Assembly: GCA_003135555.1 (NCBI GenBank)
Contig: PLCF01000009.1
Span: 1-50,458 of the forward strand
Length of the DNA stretch: 50,458 nucleotides
From: Vulcanimicrobiota bacterium
GTDB taxonomy: Bacteria > Vulcanimicrobiota > Vulcanimicrobiia > Vulcanimicrobiales > Vulcanimicrobiaceae
Direction of reading: 5' to 3'
Shown here: piece after piece, positions 44,008-50,458 of the stretch
Layout: each line of letters begins with the position of its first letter
Numbering within the stretch: position 1 is the stretch's first letter
Notes under the pieces: model-generated
Database searches by the model: none
Told to the model about the DNA's origin: nothing
Seen by the model: the letters and a program-made list of their open reading frames with translations, nothing else
Translations under genes and position numbers: made by a program

Positions 44008-44172
44008 TAGTGTGCTGAACCAGCGGTTCCGTGCAATAGATCGCGAAGGATTTTTTCTCGGATCGAGGAGTGATGAGGGAGCAACGCCGTAGCGTTGTGA
44101 CCGAAGAACGACGAAGAGCCGGGCAAAAAGCCGAGTGAGATTTTGTGCGCGAACTGCTGGTTCAGCACACTA
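44008..44172. mobile_element. MITE-like element (165 bp including flanking TA) with terminal inverted repeats
   Basis: TAGTGTGCTGAACCAGCGGTTC ... GAACTGCTGGTTCAGCACACTA (21/22 match), TA at both ends, lower GC than flanks, no ORF. Confidence 0.85.
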
Positions 44173-45015
44173 GGAGGTGGCGGAAACTGCGGTCGACTCC
44201 CCGCCGCCGTGCGGAAGGAGCTCGCGCACCGCGGTGCAGTGCAGCTTGTGACCGCTCTTGACCGCGATGACCTCGCACTGCGGGTACGCGCCGAGCAGCG
44301 CGAAGTCGCCGACGAGGTCGAGGATCTTGTGGCGCGCCGGTTCGGTCGGCGAGCGCAGCGGCGTCAGCGGTCCGTCGGGACCGAACACGGCGGCGTTCTC
44401 GAGGGTCCCGCCCCGCGCGAGCCCGCGCTTGCGCAGCCCTTCGACTTCGTGCAGGAACCCGATCGTCCGGTTCGGGGCGATCTCTTGGCGATACGTCTCC
44501 GGCGTGATCTCCGCCTCGACGTACTGCGCGCCGATCGGGGCCGGATAGTCGACGGTCATCCGCACCCGGAACGACGACGCCGGCGCGACGACGAGCAGCT
44601 TCTCGCCGTCGCGAAACACGCGCGGCTCCGTCGGGATCCAGCGGACGCGGGTTTCGTGCAGCGTCACGAGCCCCACGGCCTCGAACGCGTCGGCGAACAC
44701 CTTGGCGCTGCCGTCGGCGACCGGGATCTCCGGACCGTCGACCGCGATGAGCGCGTTGTCCACACCGCAGCCGAGCAGCGCGGAGAGCAGATGCTCGACG
44801 GTGGAGACGCGATGCTCGCCCACGCCCAGGACGGTCGCGCGCAGCGTCTCGACGACGTAGTCGGCGCGCGCCGGAAACTCCACCGCGTCGTTGAGGCGGA
44901 AGCGCAGGCCGTGGCCTGCAGGAGCGGGGAGGAGGCGGACCCGGGCGGGGACGCCGGTGTGGAGGCCGGCGCCTTCGAATGCCACCGCGTCGCGCAACGT
45001 CGTCTGGTACTGCAC
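44170..45015 (-). CDS. lpxC: UDP-3-O-acyl-GlcNAc deacetylase LpxC
   Basis: QTTL..GAGLHTG, STVEHLLSAL, EIPVADGSA, IAPNRT, RHKILDLVGD, SGHKLH; GTG start inferred. Confidence 0.96.
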   Translation of the reverse strand: MQYQTTLRDAVAFEGAGLHTGVPARVRLLPAPAGHGLRFRLNDAVEFPARADYVVETLRATVLGVGEHRVSTVEHLLSALLGCGVDNALIAVDGPEIPVADGSAKVFADAFEAVGLVTLHETRVRWIPTEPRVFRDGEKLLVVAPASSFRVRMTVDYPAPIGAQYVEAEITPETYRQEIAPNRTIGFLHEVEGLRKRGLARGGTLENAAVFGPDGPLTPLRSPTEPARHKILDLVGDFALLGAYPQCEVIAVKSGHKLHCTAVRELLPHGGGESTAVSATS

Positions 45016-45021
45016 TTGGAG

Positions 45022-45081
45022 GAGTCGCCTTCGGCGAACCCGTCGCATTCGGCCTTCGCCCGCGCGCCGGAGCCGCCCGAA
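45022..45081 (-). repeat. Degenerate palindromic repeat family 2, copy C
   Basis: Minus strand TCGGGCGGCTCCGGC..GGCCGAATGCGAC..TCGCC GAA GGCGA resembles TCGGGCGGATCGGC..GGCCGAACGCGAG of copy B. Confidence 0.45.
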
Positions 45082-46104
45082 TCACCGCTTTTCTAGGGCA
45101 TCTACCCGAGCGTTGAGTTTCGGCAGGCGGCGGATGTACGCCTGGAGGCGCACGTGGTCGCGATGATTGTGGGCCGGCTGCCCGCTCACGAACGCGTCGT
45201 CGGGGACGTCGCCCCAAACGTGCGAGGCGCCACCGATGGTGACCCGGTTGCCGATGGTGGTGTGACCGGGGAACAGCGCCTGCCCGCCGATCCGGCAGTA
45301 GTCGCCGATCGTCGTCGTCCCGGCCAGCCCGGCGAAGGCCGCGATCGCCGTGTGCGCCCCGATCCGGCAGTTGTGGCCGATCTGGCACAGGTTGTCGATC
45401 TTGGTCCCCGTGCCGATCGAGGTCACGCCGGTTTGCGCGCGGTCGACGCACGTGTTCGCCCCGATCTCGACGTCATCGGCCAGCGTGACGATGCCGATCT
45501 GCGGGATCTTCACCAGCCGGCCGTCCAGCGTCGCCCAACCGAACCCGTCGCTGCCGATCACCGCGCCGGCCTGCAGCACCACGCGGTCGCCCGCGACGCA
45601 GCGGTCGGCCAGGCAGGCGCGAGGGTGGAACAAACACGCTTCGCCGACGACCGCGTCGGCGCCGACGACCACCCCGGCTTGGAGCACGGTCCGGTCGCCG
45701 ATCCGCGCGCGAGCCCCGACCGCGGCGTGCGCGCCGATCCAGACCTGGGCACCCAGCACCGCGCTGGGGTCGACCGCGGCCGTCGGGTGCACGAAGGGGC
45801 CCTGCGGACGCGCCGGCTCGAGCCCTTCGAGCAGCGCGGCGAGAGCGACCCGCGCCGAAACGACCGCCAGGATCGGCTTGGCGTACATCTCGCCCGCCGC
45901 CACCAAGGTCTCGTCGGTGAGCACGGCCGCGGCGCGGGATTCGAGCGCGCTGCGCAGATAGCGCGCGTCGACCGCGAAGGTCAGCGTTCCGGCGCCCGCG
46001 TCGTCGACCGCCGCGATGCGCTCGATCGGCGTGGCCGGGTCGCCGATGACGCGACCGCCGGTCCGCCCGGCGAGCTCTCCGAGCGTCCCCAGCGCCGGGT
46101 TCAC
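45082..46104 (-). CDS. lpxD: UDP-3-O-(3-hydroxyacyl)glucosamine N-acyltransferase LpxD
   Basis: IGSDGFG, KIPQIG, VEIGANTCVDR, TKIDNLCQIGHN; hexapeptide repeats. Confidence 0.96.
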   Translation of the reverse strand: MNPALGTLGELAGRTGGRVIGDPATPIERIAAVDDAGAGTLTFAVDARYLRSALESRAAAVLTDETLVAAGEMYAKPILAVVSARVALAALLEGLEPARPQGPFVHPTAAVDPSAVLGAQVWIGAHAAVGARARIGDRTVLQAGVVVGADAVVGEACLFHPRACLADRCVAGDRVVLQAGAVIGSDGFGWATLDGRLVKIPQIGIVTLADDVEIGANTCVDRAQTGVTSIGTGTKIDNLCQIGHNCRIGAHTAIAAFAGLAGTTTIGDYCRIGGQALFPGHTTIGNRVTIGGASHVWGDVPDDAFVSGQPAHNHRDHVRLQAYIRRLPKLNARVDALEKR

Positions 46105-46508
46105 GGCGCCGGCGTGCCCTTGTCCTCGATCTTGAGGATCTTCTCCACCTCGGGCGTGATGTCGACCCCGCCGTACCCGATGTACTGGCGGGTGAAGACG
46201 TAGGTCAGGTGTTTGTCGGCCGCGACTTGTTTCGCCGCCGTCATCACGTCGGCGCTGAGCTCGTTTTGGGCTCGTGAGAAGCGGCGCTGCAACTGCGCCC
46301 GCGCCGTGGCCTTGTCGCGGTCAGGCCGCCGCGAACGCTCGATCGTCTGCGCGTCGTTGGCGAGCTGGTTCTGGTAGTTCTGGAACTTGGGCCAGTTCTG
46401 CGAGATGCGCTGAACGTCCACCAGGCCGATCTGGCTCTTCGGACCGTTGGAGCAGGCGCACAGCGATGCGAGCAGCGCCGAGGCGACAAGTGCGCGATAC
46501 GATTTCAT
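46101..46508 (-). CDS. Small Skp/OmpH-like lipoprotein
   Basis: Lipobox LCAC; IGLVDVQRI..AAKQVAADKHLTYVF..YGGVDITPEV. Confidence 0.75.
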   Translation of the reverse strand: MKSYRALVASALLASLCACSNGPKSQIGLVDVQRISQNWPKFQNYQNQLANDAQTIERSRRPDRDKATARAQLQRRFSRAQNELSADVMTAAKQVAADKHLTYVFTRQYIGYGGVDITPEVEKILKIEDKGTPAP

Positions 46509-47851
46509 TCGTGCAGGCTTTCGATGTCTTTGAGAGCGTCCGGCGTGAGATCGACTCCGCCGGCGGGTGCGACGACGTCGCTGAGGACGACCGAGATGCC
46601 GCGCTGCTGCGCGATCAGCCGAACCTCGCGGTTGATCTGGGCGGTGATCTCCCCGTAGAGATCATCGCGTTTCTTGCGCAGCGACATGATCTGAGCCTGG
46701 CCGCCCTGCTGCGAGGCGAGATCGATTCCGTGGAGCTCGCGGTACCGCTGCGATAGGCCCGCGCGCGTCTTCTCGAAGTCCGCAATGGTCGTCTTCGCGT
46801 CGTCCTGGAAGCGTTTTTGATAGTCGCTGTGGAGCTGCTCGATGCGCGAACGCAGCGCCGGCGGCAAATTCGGATTGACCTGCTGCTGCAGCCGGCCAGC
46901 GACGCTGGTCGTGCGTACCACCGGGCCGCCGAGCGTCGATACCTGCCTGGACAGCGTGGACTGCCGTTGCGCGTACGAGCCTGCCGAACGTTTCTGGATG
47001 GCGGTCACTTGGGCGTTCAAATCGCTCTGCACCTGAACTTTGAGCGTGCCCTGCAGCACGGCGAGGGTCTGTTGATCGCGATTGCGCTGCGCGGCGACGG
47101 CATCGGCTTCCTTGCGATCCAACGCGGCGAGCTGTTTTTGCGCGTCCTCGCGTGCGGCGTCGTCGAGCGCCAGGGACGACAGCTTGGTGCGCAGCGCGAG
47201 CCGCTGCGCGGCGTCTTCACTCGCCAGCTTGAGCGAGAGCGCCGACTCTTTGGACTGGAGCTCTTCGGCTTTGGCGCGATAGCTGCGGTCGGCACGGTCG
47301 GCCAGCGCCTTTTGTGCGGCGGTGACCTGCGCTTGATCCTGCTTCTGCAGCGACACGCGATACGAGTTGAGATCGCGCAGCGCCTGGCCCGCGACGCTGC
47401 TCTGCTGCTGGCGCGCCGTCGCGTCGACGTTGCCGGCGATCTGGTTGGCGCTCGGACCCGCGACGCCGGCACCGCGCAAGGCTGCGGCGATCGCCGCAGC
47501 CTCTTCCTGCGCATACTGTTGCTGCTTCGCGTCGATCAGCTTCTTGGTGCGGTCCGCGGCGTCGGTGAGCTGCTTCTGCAACGCGCGATCCCGCGCGGCG
47601 AGCCGCGGATCGGCGGCGACGGCCCTTGGCGCGGTCGCGGTGAGGTCGAACGCGTCGATGCTGCGGTCGTAGCGCGCGAGCTGATCGTAGAGCGGGTGTT
47701 TGTGCACCAGCTCCTCCATGCGCACGTAGCCGATCGCGCCGGGACCGCTCGCGGCCGGGCCCTGGGACGCCTGGTGCGTGCACGCCGCGAGCGCCGCCAG
47801 CGCGGCGGTCGCAACGATGCGGCGGGCTCCGCCGGAGGCGGCAGCCATCAT
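46505..47851 (-). CDS. Extended Skp/OmpH-like lipoprotein with very long coiled coil
   Basis: Lipobox LAAC; IGYVRMEELVHKHP at N-terminus and IAQQRGISVVL..GGVDLT at C-terminus around Q/A-rich helices. Confidence 0.7.
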   Translation of the reverse strand: MMAAASGGARRIVATAALAALAACTHQASQGPAASGPGAIGYVRMEELVHKHPLYDQLARYDRSIDAFDLTATAPRAVAADPRLAARDRALQKQLTDAADRTKKLIDAKQQQYAQEEAAAIAAALRGAGVAGPSANQIAGNVDATARQQQSSVAGQALRDLNSYRVSLQKQDQAQVTAAQKALADRADRSYRAKAEELQSKESALSLKLASEDAAQRLALRTKLSSLALDDAAREDAQKQLAALDRKEADAVAAQRNRDQQTLAVLQGTLKVQVQSDLNAQVTAIQKRSAGSYAQRQSTLSRQVSTLGGPVVRTTSVAGRLQQQVNPNLPPALRSRIEQLHSDYQKRFQDDAKTTIADFEKTRAGLSQRYRELHGIDLASQQGGQAQIMSLRKKRDDLYGEITAQINREVRLIAQQRGISVVLSDVVAPAGGVDLTPDALKDIESLHE

Positions 47852-48657
47852 TTCAGCTTGTCGGTGACGTCTTTGGTGATGTCGGTCCCGCCGAAGACGA
47901 TGTTCCCCTTGTCGACGACGAGGATCAGGCCTTTGGTTCGAGCGACATCCGAGATCGCGCCGCGCGTCGAGTCCACCACCGGCTTGAGCGTCTTGGTCTG
48001 GCGATCGTCGAGCGTCTTGCGGTAGTCCTTGAGGATCGCGTCGCGTTCGGCGTCGGTCTTGGCGCCCTTGAGCTTGTCGCCGGCCGCTTTGTCCTGCTCT
48101 TGCTTGAATTTCACGAACTCGTCGGTCGCCGACTTGACCTTGGGCGTCTGGTCGACCGCCGCCTGATCGACGTAGCCGACCTTGGACGGCGGCGGCGTCG
48201 AAACCGGCGGGACCGGATCGCCGACGCTGCTGAGCAGGTCGCGGACGTTGCCGGTGATGTCCTGGCCGCCGAACACGACGATGCGCTTGTCGACGACGAC
48301 CGTGAGATTCTTCGACGACGCAACCGAGGCGATCGCGACTTGCGCCTTGGCGAAGAGCGGCCCGAAGAGCTGGCGCTGCTTCTCGGCCATCTTCCCCTGA
48401 AACTCCGCCGCCAGCCGCTGCTGCGCGGCCTGCGACGCATGCCGCGCCCGGGCGACGTACTGCCGCTGCAGCGTCGCACCATAGCCGGTAAGTTGTTTGT
48501 TGGCCGCTTGAAACGACGGCAGCGCTGCGAGCGCCGCCTGATCGAGCGAACCGATGTCGGTGACGTCCGTCGCGCCGATCGCCGGCGTTGCTACGATCGC
48601 CGCCCCAAGGGCGAACGCGAGCGCAGCGGCTCGGCCGCGCGTGAAAGCTTGGTTCAT
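47848..48657 (-). CDS. Tandem two-domain Skp/OmpH chaperone
   Basis: Signal peptide; IGSLD..VASSKNLTVVVDK..FGGQDIT repeated as VGYVD..VARTKGLILVVDK..FGGTDIT. Confidence 0.85.
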   Translation of the reverse strand: MNQAFTRGRAAALAFALGAAIVATPAIGATDVTDIGSLDQAALAALPSFQAANKQLTGYGATLQRQYVARARHASQAAQQRLAAEFQGKMAEKQRQLFGPLFAKAQVAIASVASSKNLTVVVDKRIVVFGGQDITGNVRDLLSSVGDPVPPVSTPPPSKVGYVDQAAVDQTPKVKSATDEFVKFKQEQDKAAGDKLKGAKTDAERDAILKDYRKTLDDRQTKTLKPVVDSTRGAISDVARTKGLILVVDKGNIVFGGTDITKDVTDKLK

Positions 48658-48661
48658 TGTC

Positions 48662-50458
48662 TTAGAAACTCTGTCCGATGCCGAACGAGGTGTGCGTTCC
48701 CTGGCTTCCCTTCGCGAAGTCGAGACGAATGGTGCGAAGTCCGAGCTGCGGTACGTCGAATCGGAGACCGACGCCGATGTCGCCGTGGAAGGTGTAACGG
48801 TTGAGATCGAAGGTGGTCGTCGTCAGCCCCGAGGCGTCGGTGGTCACCGACTTACCGCCGCGGATCCGAGTTCCACCGCTCTCGACGAAGCCGACCACGG
48901 CGAACTTCCGGTCCTGCGTGAGCGGCACCCGCAACTCCGCCTGGCCCAACAGGATGTCCGTTCCGTAGAACGGGTCCGAATACCCGCGCAGGTCCTGGTC
49001 GGAGAAGATGAACAGCTTGTTGGTCGGAATCGCGCCGGTCGAGAGGCCCGCACGCCCGTGGAGGCCCAGCGTCGCGTTCTTGAGGATCGGGAAGAACTTC
49101 GAGCCGTCGACCGTGAGCAGCTGGTAGTTGAAATCCGATCCGAGCGAGTGGGTGCTGACCTCGTCGTTGACCGTGAGGTTGATGCCCCGGCGGGGATTGA
49201 AGACGTCGTCACGCGAGTCGGCCCCGGCGCCGAAGAGCAGGCTGCGCACGCGGTAGGCCTGGCCGCCGACGATCTGCGCGATCGACGGTGCCGTGACGCC
49301 CAAGGCGTTGTTGAGCGTCTGGCACGAAGAATCCAGCGGGTTGCTCGTGGTGCAGGTCGGGGACGTGAAGACGCTCTGCGCCGTCGGGAAGACGAAGCCC
49401 GACGGGAGGCTGGCGTCGGCGGAGACCTGTTGCACGTTGGCGCCCGCGCTGACCCGGTAGACGTCGGACAGCCGGCGGCCCAGGCTCAGCGACACGCCCG
49501 TCGAGCGCGACGTGTACGTCGAGACGACGCCGTTGACGACCGAGAAGTTGGTCGGGTCCGACGGCACGATCGTCACCGGGAACGCCGAGCCGTCGCTCGG
49601 ACAGACGCCGCTCCCGGTACCGGTGCCGCCGCCGGTCCCCGTCGAGCAGGCCGCATAAACCGGGTAGTAGTTGGTCTGCTGCTGCGTGAAGAGCGTCGCG
49701 CCGAAGCTGTAGCGCTGTGACTTCTCCGTCTTGCCGACGTAGGGCACGGTCACTGAAAGCTGCGCATCGCTCACGCGCGTGCCGCGCTCGAGCCGAATGG
49801 AGGCGCCGTTGCCGGTCCCGTTGATGTTGCTGTTCTGGTAGGAGAGGGTACCGGTGAGGCCGGTTCCGGTGAGGCCGCCCGAGTAGCCGGCGCCCAGCGT
49901 CGCGGTCCCGGTGCGCTGCTCTTTGACCTGCCAGTTGACGGTGATAAGCCCGGGGCGCTTGGGATCGGGTCCGGCCTTGCCTTGGAAATCGATCTTCTCG
50001 AAGAACCCGAGGTTGTTGAGCCGGTCGTAGTCACGGCGCAGGCCGCTGTCGGTGACCACCATCCCGGGCCGCAGGCGGAGCTCGCGCCGAATCACGTCGT
50101 CGTGGGTCTTGGTGTTGCCGGTGATCTCGACGACCCCGACGCGCAGGACGCTGATCGTGTAGCGGACGTCCGCCGTCCCGGCCTTCTGGTCGATGGTCGA
50201 GGGATCGACCCCGGCCTCGACGTCGCCGATCTTGAGGTCATACTTTTCGTAGAGGGTCTTGAGCGCTTCGTAGTCCTTGTCGCGCTGCTCCTCGGAGTAC
50301 GGGCTGCCCGGCTTGGTGACCAGCGCGGCGATGATGACGTTCTGAGGGAGAAGCGGGTCGCCGTCGGGCGGCGGCGTGACGATGATGTTCTTGACCGTCA
50401 GCCCCTCTTGCAGTTTGAGGGTCAGGACGCCGTCGGGGGCGATGTTCACGTCGGTGAC
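48662..50458 (-). CDS. bamA: Omp85/BamA outer-membrane protein assembly factor (5'-truncated by window end)
   Basis: POTRA ITGNTKTHDDVIRREL..LNNLGFF, VKEQRTG, loop-6 motif LRGY, GVGLRF, IRLDFA, terminal GIGQSF. Confidence 0.93.
   Translation of the reverse strand, partial: VTDVNIAPDGVLTLKLQEGLTVKNIIVTPPPDGDPLLPQNVIIAALVTKPGSPYSEEQRDKDYEALKTLYEKYDLKIGDVEAGVDPSTIDQKAGTADVRYTISVLRVGVVEITGNTKTHDDVIRRELRLRPGMVVTDSGLRRDYDRLNNLGFFEKIDFQGKAGPDPKRPGLITVNWQVKEQRTGTATLGAGYSGGLTGTGLTGTLSYQNSNINGTGNGASIRLERGTRVSDAQLSVTVPYVGKTEKSQRYSFGATLFTQQQTNYYPVYAACSTGTGGGTGTGSGVCPSDGSAFPVTIVPSDPTNFSVVNGVVSTYTSRSTGVSLSLGRRLSDVYRVSAGANVQQVSADASLPSGFVFPTAQSVFTSPTCTTSNPLDSSCQTLNNALGVTAPSIAQIVGGQAYRVRSLLFGAGADSRDDVFNPRRGINLTVNDEVSTHSLGSDFNYQLLTVDGSKFFPILKNATLGLHGRAGLSTGAIPTNKLFIFSDQDLRGYSDPFYGTDILLGQAELRVPLTQDRKFAVVGFVESGGTRIRGGKSVTTDASGLTTTTFDLNRYTFHGDIGVGLRFDVPQLGLRTIRLDFAKGSQGTHTSFGIGQSF

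Noticed and set aside
44060..44125. Hammerhead ribozyme inside the MITE (TGATGA ... CGAA)
   Set aside because: The core reads GTGATGA and GAAG rather than CTGATGA and GAAA, and I could not build the three-stem junction.
1..50458. Prophage, defence island or autonomous IS element
   Set aside because: No integrase, transposase, phage structural or recognisable defence genes; the content is housekeeping and envelope biogenesis.

Overview
A very GC-rich (about 70% by eye) bacterial chromosomal segment made mostly of core genes. In order, it holds: two tandem S41 C-terminal peptidases; a minus-strand minC-minD-minD2-minE-rodA-rne-HAD phosphatase run; an M48/TPR protease; an RDD/SpoIIM/DUF58/MoxR/DUF4350/DUF4129 cluster with three related membrane proteins; dnaX-ybaB-recR; recQ; and about 21 kb of outer-membrane biogenesis genes (bamA, three Skp/OmpH-like genes, lpxD, lpxC, fabZ, lpxA, lpxB, a metallophosphoesterase, an LpxB-like glycosyltransferase, an O-antigen-ligase-like gene, lptC, lptB, lptF/G, DUF3084, a YqgF-like gene and an SLH-anchored beta-barrel OMP). 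This gene order is typical of diderm Terrabacteria; a Ca. Eremiobacterota/Vulcanimicrobiota-like host is my inference, not verified. I saw no tRNA, rRNA, CRISPR array, transposase or prophage. The best leads are: (1) a stand-alone 5'-nucleotidase-type metallophosphoesterase next to lpxB with an LpxH-like GNR motif, a candidate new enzyme for the UDP-diacylglucosamine hydrolase step of lipid A synthesis; (2) three architecturally different Skp proteins; (3) a ~120-bp covarying structured repeat whose three copies each end 4-5 nt before a start codon; (4) several other small palindromic repeat families, including a TA-flanked MITE and nested REPs; (5) apparent non-canonical starts for recR and the HAD gene. 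All calls come from reading motifs by eye; no searches were run.
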